NCBI GenBank assembly: GCA_964016885.1
Contig: OZ024743.1
Location: forward strand, 126,728,001-126,792,000
Origin: Eledone cirrhosa
Taxonomy: Eukaryota
Direction: 5' to 3'
DNA: 64,000 nucleotides
The translations under genes and the position numbers were made by a program. Positions 1 through 12,766 of this stretch are shown here, piece after piece; positions within the stretch are counted from its first letter, which is position 1; each line of letters opens with the position of its first letter. The notes beneath the pieces were generated by a model. The model saw nothing but the letters and a program-made list of their open reading frames with translations, did not search any database and was not told the origin of the DNA.

Positions 1-145
1 CCACATAACCGGGTCTGATTTCTGTATCGAGTGATTTTGAGAAGATAACAAAGACCATATAAAATTCTTTGTTATTCCCAATATTTAAAATATTTATATA
101 TCATACAGATAATAAAACGTATAGAAAACCTGACTGAGTTGAGGG

Positions 146-208
146 AAAACTTAAAGCAGTAGCTTTGGTAGACAGAAAAATTTTGTATTATTCAATATCT
201 TTAAATGA
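146..208 (+). promoter_or_regulatory. Recurrent upstream block of the tRNA genes: AAACTTAAAGCAG(T/C)AGCTTTGGTAGAC at about -80..-55 and TATA-like TATCTTTAAATGA at about -30
   Basis: Recurs at the same distance before most tRNA copies in both arrays; function inferred from Pol III TATA position only. Confidence 0.4.
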
Positions 209-226
209 TGGTATAACATCCCAGAG

Positions 227-297
227 GCGTCGGTGGTGTAACGGTTAGCATGGTTGCCTTCCAAGCAGTCGATCCGGTCCGACTCCCGGCCGACGCA
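227..297 (+). pseudogene. tRNA-Gly(TCC) with damaged T arm/B box
   Basis: CCGGTCCGA replaces CCGGGTTCGA; 71 nt. Confidence 0.8.
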
Positions 298-1077
298 TTT
301 TTAATGTACTTATTTTATATAGACATTCTTCAATAAGATTTTTCTTATTTTATTTTCACAACAATTTCTACTACATGTGACATGTCTAACGTTTTAGACT
401 ACCTATATCTGCCTAAATATCAAGTATAAGTAGTTAAGAAAACTATATTGAGAACAGAATAAATCGGCGCTCTCAGTTGGACAGCATATCTCTGCTATAT
501 CTTGAAGACTTGAGGTAAAACGGTGTACTTTATATTCCGATATGAAATAACGCCACTGATAATTTTCATATTAAAGCGACAAAAAGGATGATATAAAAAC
601 AGGTTTTATCGAGAGATTTCTCTACTTGCTCCATGCTTGCTCCCTGCCACAGTCAAAAGGAGCAAGCAGCGTCCTTCTTCCTGGAGTTCAATGTAGAGTG
701 TGAGCACGAGCAAAATACACAAGAAATTTGGTGTTTTGCCCCTGTGAAGTGACCGTTTTCAGTATCCTTAAATAATACAACACATTGGGTAAGGGTTCTT
801 TCGATTTCACTAAGTGTTTATTTATACCATAAACACACACTGACACATATATACAAAGTCGAACATATATATAGTTAACACATATGTAATGAATCAACAT
901 GTATTAATTCTCGTGTACAATACATGAACAATACGTGAACATCTCGATATGTCATAGAGGGAGAACAAGGAGAAAAAATGACAGAATTCTGCAAAAAAAA
1001 AATTAAAGCAACATCTTTGGCGCACACAAAGACTTTCTATTGTTTAGAACCTTAAAATGAGGCATCCGCCTGCATAG

Positions 1078-1104
1078 GCCTCGGTGGTGTAATGGCTAGC
1101 ATAG
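1078..1104 (+). pseudogene. 5' fragment of B-type tRNA-Gly
   Basis: Deletion between the two GCAT microhomologies (D stem and 3' end). Confidence 0.75.
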
Positions 1105-2065
1105 GCTTAGTTTTTGATGGAAATGCTTTGTCTTTTTAATCATAACATTTCTTTGATTTTTATATATAATTCAAATAAGGTCAGGGGTTAAAAACGTCAA
1201 ATTCTACTACATCAGTTGCGAAATATATCTCAGACACATCTCGTGAACCAAATGACAAACGGGGTACTTTACATTCCGAGATCAAATCCCACCAGTTACG
1301 TCGTTGATATTTATTTGGGATACCATATGCAAAATGGATAACGTGAAGTCGGGGATAATCGCGGAATTTCTCTATTTACTCAAAAGTCCAAGTGAAAAAA
1401 ATGGCAACATTTCTACTGGAAACCCAAAGTGGATTGAGTGGACGTAGTAAGAGAATCTTGAAACAACTCTAGAATTGTGGGTTGTTAAGAAAGACAAAAA
1501 AAGAAATACAACCCACGTATTAATAATGACATGATTGATCTCTGACATTTACACGGAGATGAGTAAAAGAAAACGTTAACAAGTCAGGAGGAAAGGTTGT
1601 TTACTATCAGAATTTATCTCAATGTGGCTACCGAGGATTGAGAGTAGAGTGCTTCCTCGGACATTGGCAATACACAAAGAGAGAAATTCGTCTTTTATGT
1701 TTGCATGTAGCCCAGCTTTTCTCCCACTAACTAATGTAAGTGTTCAGAACTAGAGATCAACTTGTGTCACATAGCTCTCATGCCAGAGAGCAATGACAAC
1801 AGTTGTCTTTTCTGGCTATCAAAACCCTCCGCGTACTAGCCACATAAGAGGGCCTGATTTCTGTATCGAGTGATTTTTAGAAGATAACAAAGACCATATA
1901 AAATTCTTTGTTATTCCCAATATTTAACATATTTATATATCATACAGATAATAAAACCTATAGAAAACCTGACTGAGTTGAGGGAAAACTTAAAGCAGTA
2001 GCTATGGTAGAGAGAACAATTTTGTATTATTCAATATCTTTAAATAATGGGATAACATCCTAGAG

Positions 2066-2137
2066 GCGTCGGTGGTGTAACGGTTACCATGGTTGCCTTC
2101 CAAGCAGTCGATCCGGGTTCGACTCCCGGCCGACGCA
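2066..2137 (+). tRNA. tRNA-Gly(TCC), one D-stem variant (G22C)
   Basis: Full cloverleaf, loop CT-TCC-AA, A and B boxes, TTTTT terminator directly 3'. Confidence 0.88.
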
Positions 2138-2918
2138 TTTTTAATGTACTTTTTTTATATAGACATTCTTCAATAAGATTTTTCTTATTTTATTTTCACA
2201 ACGATTTCTACTGCATGTGACATGTCTAACGTTTCAGACTACCTATATCTACCTAAATATCAAGTATAAGTAGTTAAGAAAACTATATTGAGAACAGAAT
2301 AATTCGGCACCCTCAGTTGGACAGCATATCTCTGCTATATCTCGAAGACTTGAGGTAAAACTGTGTACTTTACATTCCGATATGAAATAACGCCACTGAT
2401 GATTTTCATATTAAAGACACAGAAAGAACGATATAAAAACGGGTTTTATCGAGAGATTTCTCTACTTGCTCCCTGCTTGCTCTCTGCCACAGTCAAAAGG
2501 AGCAAGCAGCGTCCTTCTTCCTGGAGTTCAATGTAGAGTGTGAGCACGAGCAAAATACACAAGAAATTTGGTGTTTTGTCCCTGTGAAGTGACCGTTTTC
2601 AGTATCCTTAAATGATACAACACATTGGGTAAGGCTTCTTTTGATTTCACTAAGTGGTTATTTCTACCATAAACACACACTTACACGTATATACAAAGTC
2701 GAACATATATATAGTTAACACATATGTAATGAATTAACATGTATTAATTCTCGTGTACAATACACGAACAATACGTGAACATCTCGATATATCATAGTGG
2801 GAGGACAAGGAGAAAAAATGACAGAAGTCTGCAAACAAAAAAATTAAAGCAACATCTTTGGGGCACACAAAGACTTTCTATTGTTTAGAATCTTAAAATG
2901 AGGCATCCGCCTGCACAG

Positions 2919-2990
2919 GCCTCGGTGGTGTAAAGGCTAGCATGGTTGCATTCCAACCAGTTGATCCGTTTTCAACTCTCGGCCGACGCA
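2919..2990 (+). pseudogene. B-type degenerate tRNA-Gly
   Basis: B box GTTTTCAACTC, anticodon stem mismatch. Confidence 0.8.
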
Positions 2991-3964
2991 TAGGCTTAGT
3001 TTTTGATGGAAATGCTTTGTCTTTTTAATCATAACATTTCTTTGATTTTTATATATAATTCAAATAAGAGAGGGAAAGGACAGGGGTTAAAAACGTCAAT
3101 TTCTTCTACATCAGTTGCGAAATATATCTCAGACACATCTCGAGAACCAAATGACAAACGGCGTACTTTACACTCCGAGAACAAATCCCACCAGTTACGT
3201 CGTTGATATTTATTTGTGATACCATATGCAAGATGGATAACGTGAAGTCGGGGATAATCGCGGAATTTCTCTGTTTACACAAAAGTCCTAGTGGAAAAAA
3301 TGGCAACATTTCTACTGGAAACCCAAAGTGGATTGAGTGGACGTAGTAAGAGAATCTTGAAACAACTCTAGAATTGTGGGTTGTTAAGAAAGACAAAAAA
3401 AGAAATACAACCCACGTATTAATAATGAAATCCTTGATCGCTGACATTTACGAGGAGATGAGTAAAAGAAAACGTTAACAAGTCAGGAGGAAAGGTTGTT
3501 TACTATCAGAATTTATCTCAATGTGTCTACCTAGGGTTGAGAGTAGAATGCTTCCTCGGACATTGGCAATACACAAAGAGAGAAATTCGTCTTTTATGTT
3601 TGCATGTAGCCCAGCTTTTCTCCCACTAACTAATGTAAGTGTTCAGAACTAGAGATCAACTTGTGTCACATAGCTCTCATGCCAGAGAGCAATGACAACA
3701 GTTGTCTTCTCTGGCTATCAAAAACCTCCGAGTACTAGCCACATAAGAGGGCCTGATTTCTGTATCGAGTGATTTTGTGAAGATAACAAAGACCATATAA
3801 AATTCTTTGTTATTCCCAATATTTAACATATTTATATATCATACAGATAATAAAACCTATAGAAAACTTGACTGAGTTGAGGGAAAACTTAAAGCAGTAG
3901 CTTTGGTAGACAGAAAAACTTTATATTATTCAATATCTTTAAATGATGTGATAACGTCCCAGAG

Positions 3965-4036
3965 GCGTCGGTGGTGTAACGGTTAGCATGGTTGCCTTCC
4001 AAGCAGTCGATCCGGGTTTGACTCCCGGCCGACGCA
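3965..4036 (+). tRNA. tRNA-Gly(TCC) with C56T in the T loop (probably impaired)
   Basis: Consensus except GGTTTGA. Confidence 0.6.
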
Positions 4037-4808
4037 TTTTTAATGTACTTATTTTATATAGACATTCTTCAATAAGATTTTTTTCTTTTCTTTTCACAGC
4101 GATTTCTACTACATGTGACATGTCTAACGTTTTAGACTACCTATATCTGCCTAAATATCAAGTATAAGTAGTTAAGAAAACTATATTGAGAACAGAATAA
4201 TTCGGCACCCTCAGTTGGACAGCATATCTCTGCTACATGTCGAAGACTTGAGGTAAAACTGTGTACTTTACATTCCGATATGAAATAACGCCACTGATGA
4301 TTTTCATATTAAAGACACAAAAAGCGACGATATAAAAACGGGTTTTATTGAGAGATTTCTCTACTTGCTCCCTGCTTGCTCTCTGCCACAGTCAAAAGGA
4401 GCAAGCAGCACCCTTCTTCCTGGAGTTCAATGTAGAGTGTGAGCACGAGCAAAATACACAAGAAATTTGGTTTTTTGTGAAGTGACCGTTTTCAGTATCC
4501 TTAAATGATACAACACATTGGGTATGGCTTCTTTTGATTTCACAAAGTGGTTATTTCTACCATAAACACACACTTACACATATATACAAAGTCGAACATA
4601 TATATAGTTAACATATATGTAATGAATTAACATGTATTAATTCTCGTGTACAATACATGAACAATACGTGAACATCTCGATATATCATTGAGGGAGAACA
4701 AGGAAAAAAATGACAGAAGTCTGCAAAAGAAAATTAAAGCAACATCTTTGGGGCACACAAAGGCTTTCTATTGTTTAGAATCTTAAAATGAGGCATCCGC
4801 CCGCATAG

Positions 4809-4880
4809 GCTTCGGTGGTGTAATGGCTAGCATGGTTGCATTCCAAGCAGTTTATCCGTTTTCAACTCTCAGCCGACTCA
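4809..4880 (+). pseudogene. B-type degenerate tRNA-Gly
   Basis: Multiple stem and B-box changes. Confidence 0.8.
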
Positions 4881-5853
4881 TAGGTTTAGTTTTTGATGGA
4901 AATGCTTTGTCTTTTTAATCATAACATTTCTTTGATTTTTATATATAATTCAAATAAGAGAGGGAAAGGACAGGGGTTAAAAACGTCAAATTCTTCTACA
5001 TCAGTTGCGAAATATATCTCAGACACATCTCGTGAACCAAATGATAAACGGCGTACTTTACATTCCTAGATCAAATCCCACCAGTTACGGCGTTGATATT
5101 TATTCGGGATACCATATGCAAGATGGATAACGTGAAGTCGGGGATAATCGCGGAATTACTCTGTTTACACAAAAGTCCAAGTGAAAAAAATGGCAATATT
5201 TCTACTGGAAACCCAAAGTGGATTGAGGGGACGTAGTAAGAGAATCTTGAAACAGCTCTAGAATTGTGGGTTGTTAAGAAAAACATAAAAGATATACAAC
5301 CCGCGTATTAATAATGACATCCTTGATCTCTGACATTTACACGGAGATGAGTAAAAGAAAACGTTAACAAGTCAGGAGGCAAGGTTGTTTACTATCAGAA
5401 TTTATCTCAATGTGGCTACCTAGGGTTGAGAGTAGAATGCTTCCTCGGACATTGGCAATATACAAAGAGAGAAATTCTTCTTTTATGTTTGCATGTAGCC
5501 CAGCTTGTCTCCCACTAACTAATGTAAGTGTTCAGAACTAGAGATCAACTTGTGTCACATAGCTCTCATGCCAGAGAGTAATGATAATAGTTGTCTTTTC
5601 TGGCTATCAAAAACCTCCGCGTACTAGCCACATAAGAGGACCTGATTTCTGTATCGAGTGATTTTAAGAAGATAACAAAGACCACATAAAATTCTTTGTT
5701 ATTCCCAATATTTAACATATTTATATATCATACAGAGAAAAAAACGTATTGAAAACCTGACTGAGTTGAGGGAAAACTTAAAGCAGTAGCTTTGGTAGTC
5801 AGAAAAATGTTGTATTGCTCAATATATTTAAATGATGGGCTAACATCCCAGAG

Positions 5854-5925
5854 GCGTCGGTGGTGTAACGGTTAGCATGGTTGCCTTCCAAGCAGTCGAT
5901 CCGGGTTCGACTCCCGGCCGACGCA
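5854..5925 (+). tRNA. tRNA-Gly(TCC), intact
   Basis: GCGTCGGTGGTGTAACGGTTAGCATGGTTGCCTTCCAAGCAGTCGATCCGGGTTCGACTCCCGGCCGACGCA; complete cloverleaf, TTTTT follows. Confidence 0.97.
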
Positions 5926-5930
5926 TTTTT
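5926..5930 (+). terminator. Pol III oligo-T terminator (same position after every A-type copy)
   Basis: TTTTT directly after discriminator A73. Confidence 0.75.
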
Positions 5931-6701
5931 AATGTACTTATTTTATATAGACATTCTTCAATAGGATTTTTCTTATTTTATTTTCACAACGATTTCTACT
6001 ACATGTGACATGTCTAACGTTTTAGACTAATCTGCCTAAATATCAAGTATAAGTAGTTAAGAAAACTATATTGAGAACAGAATAATTCGGCACCCTCAGT
6101 TGGACAGCATATCTCTACTACATCTCGAAGACTTGAGGTAAAACTGTGTACTTTACATTCCGATATGAAATAACGCCACTGATGATTTTCATATTAAAGA
6201 CACAAAAAGGATGATATAAAAACGGGTTTTATCGAGAGATTTCTCTACTTGCTCCTTGCTTGCTCTCTGCCACAGTCAAAAAGGAGCAAGCAGCGTCCTT
6301 TTTCCTAGAGTTCAATGTAGAGTGTGAGCACGAGCAAAATACACAAGAAATTTGGTGTTTTGTCCCAGTGAAGTGACCGTTTTCAGTATCCTTAAATGAT
6401 ACAACACATTGGGTATGGCTTCTTTTGATTTCACAAAGTGGTTATTTCTACCATAAACACACACTTACACATATATACAAAGTCGAACATATATATAGTT
6501 AAGACATATGTAATGAATTAACATGTATTAATTCTCGTGTACAATACACGAACAATACGTGAACACCTCGATATATCATAGAGGGAGAAAAAGGAAAAAA
6601 AATGACAGAATTCTGCAAAAAAAAATTAAAGCAACATCTTTGTTGGCACACAAAGGCTTTCTATTGTTTAGAATCTTAAAATGAGGCATCCGCCTGCACA
6701 G

Positions 6702-6773
6702 GCCTCGGTGGTGTAATGGCTAGCATGGTTGCATTCCAAGCAGTTGATCCGTTCTCAACTCTCGGCCGACGCA
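6702..6773 (+). pseudogene. B-type degenerate tRNA-Gly
   Basis: T arm CCGTTCTCAACTCTCGG. Confidence 0.8.
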
Positions 6774-7746
6774 TAGGTTTAGTGTTTGATGGAAGAGCTT
6801 TGTCATTTTAATCATAACATTCCTTTGATTTTTATATATAATTCAAATAAGAGAGGGAAAGGACAGGGGTTAGAAACGTCAAATTCTACTACATCAGTTG
6901 CGAAATATATCTCAGACACATCTCGTGAACCAAATGATAAACGGCGTACTTTACATTCCTAGATCAAATCCCACCAGTTACGTCGTTGATATTTATTTGG
7001 CATACCATATGCAAGATGGATAACGTGAAGTCGGGGATAATCGCGGAATTACTCTGTTTACACAAAAGTCCAAGTGAAAAAAATGGCAATATTTCTACTG
7101 GAAACCCAAAGTGGATTGAGGGGACGTAGTAAGAGAATCTTGAAACAGCTCTAGAATTGTGGGTTGTTAAGAAAAACATAAAAGATATACAACCCGCGTA
7201 TTAATAATGACATCCTTGATCTCTGACATTTACACGGAGATGAGTAAAAGAAAACGTTAACAAGTCAGGAGGAAAGGTTGTTTACTATCAGAATTTATCT
7301 CAATGTGGCTACCTAGGGTTGAGAGTAGAATGCTTCCTCGGACATTGGCAATATACAAAGAGAGAAATTCTTCTTTTATGTTTGCATGTAGCCCAGCTTG
7401 TCTCCCACTAACTAATGTAAGTGTTCAGAACTAGAGATCAACTTGTGTCACATAGCTCTCATGCCAGAGAGTAATGATAATAGTTGTCTTTTCTGGCTAT
7501 CAAAAACCTCCGCGTACTAGCCACATAAGAGGACCTGATTTCTGTATCGAGTGATTTTAAGAAGATAACAAAGACCACATAAAATTCTTTGTTATTCCCA
7601 ATATTTAACATATTTATATATCATACAGAGAAAAAAACGTATTGAAAACCTGACTGAGTTGAGGGAAAACTTAAAGCAGTAGCTTTGGTAGTCAGAAAAA
7701 TGTTGTATTGCTCAATATATTTAAATGATGGGCTAACATCCCAGAG

Positions 7747-7818
7747 GCGTCGGTGGTGTAACGGTTAGCATGGTTGCCTTCCAAGCAGTCGATCCGGGTT
7801 CGACTCCCGGCCGACGCA
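7747..7818 (+). tRNA. tRNA-Gly(TCC), intact
   Basis: Identical to 5854-5925. Confidence 0.97.
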
Positions 7819-8594
7819 TTTTTAATGTACTTATTTTATATAGACATTCTTCAATAGGATTTTTCTTATTTTATTTTCACAACGATTTCTACTACATGTG
7901 ACATGTCTAACGTTTTAGACTAATCTGCCTAAATATCAAGTATAAGTAGTTAAGAAAACTATATTGAGAACAGAATAATTCGGCACCCTCAGTTGGACAG
8001 CATATCTCTACTACATCTCGAAGACTTGAGGTAAAACTGTGTACTTTACATTCCGATATGAAATAACGCCACTGATGATTTTCATATTAAAGACACAAAA
8101 AGGATGATATAAAAACGGGTTTTATCGAGAGATTTCTCTACTTGCTCCTTGCTTGCTCTCTGCCACAGTCAAAAAGGAGCAAGCAGCGTCCTTTTTCCTA
8201 GAGTTCAATGTAGAGTGTGAGCACGAGCAAAATACACAAGAAATTTGGTGTTTTGTCCCAGTGAAGTGACCGTTTTCAGTATCCTTAAATGATACAACAC
8301 ATTGGGTATGGCTTCTTTTGATTTCACAAAGTGGTTATTTCTACCATAAACACACACTTACACATATATACAAAGTCGAACATATATATAGTTAAGACAT
8401 ATGTAATGAATTAACATGTATTAATTCTCGTGTACAATACACGAACAATACGTGAACACCTCGATATATCATAGAGGGAGAAAAAGGAAAAAAAATGACA
8501 GAATTCTGCAAAAAAAAATTAAAGCAACATCTTTGTTGGCACACAAAGGCTTTCTATTGTTTAGAATCTTAAAATGAGGCATCCGCCTGCACAG

Positions 8595-8666
8595 GCCTCG
8601 GTGGTGTAATGGCTAGCATGGTTGCATTCCAAGCAGTTGATCCGTTCTCAACTCTCGGCCGACGCA
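8595..8666 (+). pseudogene. B-type degenerate tRNA-Gly
   Basis: Identical to 6702-6773. Confidence 0.8.
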
Positions 8667-9610
8667 TAGGTTTAGTGTTTGATGGAAGAGCTTTGTCATT
8701 TTAATCATAACATTCCTTTGATTTTTATATATAATTCAAATAAGAGAGGGAAAGGACAGGGGTTAGAAACGTCAAATTCTACTACATCAGTTGCGAAATA
8801 TATCTCAGACACATCTCGTGAACCAAATGATAAACGGCGTACTTTACATTCCTAGATCAAATCCCACCAGTTACGTCGTTGATATTTATTTGGGATACCA
8901 TATGCAAGATGGATAACGTGAAGTCGGGGATAATCGCGGAATTTCTCTGTTTACTCAAAAGTCCAAGTGAAAAAAATGGCAACATTTCTACTGGAAACCC
9001 AAAGTGGATTGAGTGGACGTAGTAAGAGAATCTTGAAACAACTCTAGAATTGTGGGTTGTTAAGAAAAACAAAAAAAGAAATACAACCCACGTATTAATA
9101 ATGAAATCCTTGATCTCTGACATTTACACGGAGATGAGTAAAAGGAAACGTTAACAAGTCAGGAGGAAAGGTTGTTTACTATCAGAATTTATCTCAACGT
9201 GGCTACCTATGGTTGAGAGTAGAATGCTTCCTCGGACATTGGCAATACACAAAGAGAGAAATTCGTCTTTTATGTTTGCATGTAGCCCAGCTTGTCTCCC
9301 ACTAACTAATGTAAGTGTTCAGAACTAGAGATCAACTTGTGTCACCTAGCTCTCATGCCAGAGAGTAATGACAACAGTTGTCTTTTCTGGCTATGAAAAC
9401 CCTCCCCGTATCAGCCATATAACAGGGCCTGATTTCTGTATCGAGTGATTTTGTGAAGATAACAAAGACCATATAAAATTCTTTGTTATTCCCAATATTC
9501 AACATATTTATATATCATACAGAGAATAAAACGTATAGAAAACTTGACTGAGTTGAGGGAAAACTTAAAGCAGTAGCTTTGGTAGACAGAAAAATTTTGT
9601 ATTATTCAAT

Positions 9611-9787
9611 GATTGGCAGTATCGGTAGAGGGTCGGACGCCATGCTTTCCAGCATAGTTACGTCCCTTTACGATCTGAGTTCAACTCCCGCCGAGGTTGA
9701 CTTTGCCTTTCATCCTTACGGGGTCGATAAAATAAAGTACCAGTAATGCACTGGGTAATTGCTGGCCTTGTGCCTAAAGTAGAAACA
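9611..9787 (+). mobile_element. Young tRNA-derived SINE (octopus-type), slightly 5'-truncated
   Basis: Absent from sister units; 10-bp TSD ATTATTCAAT (9601-9610, 9788-9797); A box TGGCAGTATCGG, B box GAGTTCAACTCC, core GCCTTTCATCCTTACGGGGTCGATAAAATAAAGTACCAGT. Confidence 0.93.
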
Positions 9788-9827
9788 ATTATTCAATATA
9801 TTTAAATGATGGGATAACATCCCAGAG

Positions 9828-9899
9828 GCGTCGGTGGTGTAACTGTTAGCATGGTTGTCTTCCAAGCAGTCGATCCGGGTTCGACTCCCGTCCGACTCA
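9828..9899 (+). pseudogene. tRNA-Gly(TCC) with 4 substitutions
   Basis: D-loop GG broken (AACTGTT), stem mismatches. Confidence 0.7.
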
Positions 9900-10680
9900 T
9901 TTTTAATGTACTTTTTTTATATAGACATTCTTCAATAAGATTTTTCTTATTTTATTTTCACAACGATTTCTACTGCATGTGACATGTCTAACGTTTTAGA
10001 CTACCTATATCTGCCTAAATATCAAGTATAAGTAGTTAAGAAAACTATATTGAGAACAGAATAATTCGGCATCCTCAGTTGGACAGCATATCTCTGCTAC
10101 ATCTCGAAGACTTGAGGTAAAACAGTGTACTTTACATTCCGATATGAAATAACGCCACTGATGATTTTCATATTAAAGAGACAAAAAGTATGATATAAAA
10201 ACGGGTTTTATTGCGAGATTTCTCTACTTGCTCCCTGCTTGCTCTCTGCCACAGTCAAAAGGAGCAAGCAGCGTCCTTCTTCCTGGAGTTCAATATAGAG
10301 TGTGAGTACGAGCAAAATACACAAGAGATTTGGTGTTTTGTCCCTGAGAAGTGACCGTTTTCAGTATCCTTAAATGATACAACACATTGGGTAAGGCTTC
10401 TTTTGATTTCACTAAGTGGTTATTTCTCCCATAAACACACACTTACACATATATACAATGTCGAACATATATATAATTAACACATATGTAATGAATTAAC
10501 GTGTATTATTTCTCGTGTACAATACACGAACAATACGTGAACACCTCGATATATCATAGAGGGAGGACAAGGAGAAAAAATGACAGCAGTCTGCAAACAA
10601 AAAAATTAAAGCAACATCTTTGGGGCACACAAAGACTTTCTATTGTTTAGAATCTTAAAATGAGGCATCCGCCTGCACAG

Positions 10681-10752
10681 GCCTCGGTGGTGTAATGGCT
10701 AGCATGGTTGCATTACAAGCAGCTGATCCGTTTTCAACTGTCGGCCGACGCA
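10681..10752 (+). pseudogene. B-type degenerate tRNA-Gly, anticodon mutated to TAC
   Basis: Loop AT-TAC-AA; defective T arm. Confidence 0.78.
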
Positions 10753-11725
10753 TAGGTTTAGATTTTCATGGAAATGCTTTGTCTTTTTAATCATAACATT
10801 TCTTTGAATTTTATATATAATTCAAATAAGAGAGAGAAAGGACAGGGGTTAAAAACGTCAAATTCTTCTACATCAGTTGCGAAATATATCTCAGATACAT
10901 CTCGTGAACCAAATGACAAACGGCGTACTTTACATTCCTAGATCAAATCCCACCAGTTACGTCGTTGATATTTATTTGTGATACCATATGCAAAATGGAT
11001 GACGTGAAGTCGGGGATAATCGCGTAATTTCTCTGTTTACTCAAAAGTCCAAGTGAAAAAATGGCAGCATTTCTACTGGAAACCCAAAGTGGATTGAGGG
11101 GACGTAGTAAGAGAATCTTGAAACAACTCTAGAATTGTGGGTTGTTAAGAAAAACAAAAAAAGAAATACAACCCACGTATTAATAATGACATCCTTGATC
11201 TCTGACATTTACACGGCGATGAGTAAAAGAAAACGTTAACAAGTCAGGAGGAAAGGTTGTTTACTATCAAGATTTATCTCAATGTGACTACCTAGGTTTG
11301 AGAGTAGAATGCTTCCTAGGACATTGGCAATACACAAAGAGAGAAATTCGTCTTTTATGTTTGCATGTAGCCCAGCCTTTCTCCCACTAACTAATGTAAG
11401 TGTTCAGAACTAGAGATCAACTTGTGTCACATAGCTCTCATGCCAGAGAGTAATGACAACAGTTGTCTTTTCTGGCTATCAAAAACCTCCGCGTACTAGC
11501 CACATAAGAAGGCCTGGTTTCTGTATCGAGTGATTTTGAGAAGATAACAAAGACCATATAAAATTCTTTGTTATTCCCAATATTTAACATATTTATATAT
11601 CATACAGAGAAAAAAACGTATAGAAAACCTGACTAAGTTGAGGAAAAACTTAAAGCAGTAGTTTTGGTAGACAGAAAAATTTTGTATTATTCAATATCTT
11701 TAAATGATGGGACAACATCCCAGAG

Positions 11726-11797
11726 GCGTCGGTGGTGTAACGGTTAGCATGGTTGCCTTCCAAGGAGTCGATCAGGGTTCAACTCCCGGCCGACGCA
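11726..11797 (+). pseudogene. tRNA-Gly(TCC) with anticodon- and T-stem mismatches
   Basis: CAAGGAGTCGATCAGGGTTCAACTCCC. Confidence 0.7.
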
Positions 11798-12564
11798 TTT
11801 TTAATGTACTTTTTTTATATAGACATTCTTCAATAACATTTTTCTTATTTTATTTTCACAACGATTTCTACTACATGTGAAATGTCTAACATTTTAGACT
11901 ACCTATATCTGACTAAATGTGAAGTATAAGTAGTTAAGAAAACTATATTGAGAACAGAATAATTCGGCACCCTCAGTTGGACAGCATATCTCTGCTACAT
12001 CACGAAGACTTGAGGTAAAACGGTGTACTTTACATTCCGATATGAAATCACGCCACTGATGATTTTCATATTAAGAGACAAGAAGGATGATATAAAAACG
12101 GGTTTTATCGAGAGATTTCTCTACTTCCTCCCTGTTTGCTCTCTGCCACAATCAAAAGGTGCAAGCAGCGTCCTTCTTCCTGCAATTCAATGTAGAGTGT
12201 GAACACGAGCAAAATACACAAGAAATTTGGTGTATTGTCCCTGTGAAGTGACCGTTTTCAGTATCCTTAAATGATACAACATATTGCATAAGGCTTCTTT
12301 TGATTTCACTAAGTGGTTATTTCTACTATAGACACACACTTACACATATATAAAAAGTCGAACATATCTAGATAGTTAACATATATGTAATGAATTAACA
12401 TGTATTAATGCTCGTGAACAATACTATAACATCTTGATATATCATAGAGGGAGGAGACGGAGAAAAATCACAGAATTCTGCAAAAATAATTAAAGCATCA
12501 GCTTTGGGGCACACAAAGACTTTCTATTGATTAGAATCTTAAAATGAGCCGTCTACCTGCATAG

Positions 12565-12623
12565 GCTTCTGTGGTGTAACGGTTAGCATGGTTTCCTTCC
12601 AAGCAGTCGATCCGGCCGACGCA
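12565..12623 (+). pseudogene. tRNA-Gly lacking the T arm, at the junction of the two arrays
   Basis: Deletion between the two CCGG copies flanking the T loop. Confidence 0.8.
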
Positions 12624-12737
12624 TTTTCAATTTTTTTCTTTATGTAGACATTGTTCATTCAGATGGTTCAGATTATTATTTCATAACTTTTTCAACTGCA
12701 TGTTACCTGTCTAACGTCTTAAAAATCAAGTATAAGT

Positions 12738-12766
12738 AACCATGCTAACCGTTACACCACCGACGC
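12738..12766 (-). pseudogene. 5' half tRNA-Gly at inversion breakpoint (also 19198-19226, 25727-25755, 32277-32305, 38824-38852, 45375-45403)
   Basis: Exact reverse complement of tRNA nt 1-29. Confidence 0.85.

Larger units (their letters stand above)
1..12737 (+). repeat. Tandem array of ~1.9-kb units, each with one near-canonical (A) and one degenerate (B) tRNA-Gly(TCC) copy; runs off the left edge
   Basis: A copies start at 227, 2066, 3965, 5854, 7747, 9828, 11726 (period ~1.84-1.90 kb, one longer from a SINE); spacers align unit to unit. Confidence 0.97.

Noticed and set aside
227-12000. Array monomers as tRNA-derived SINEs
   Set aside because: tRNA is followed directly by a T-run terminator, upstream flanks are shared, and there are no TSDs; this is DNA-level duplication
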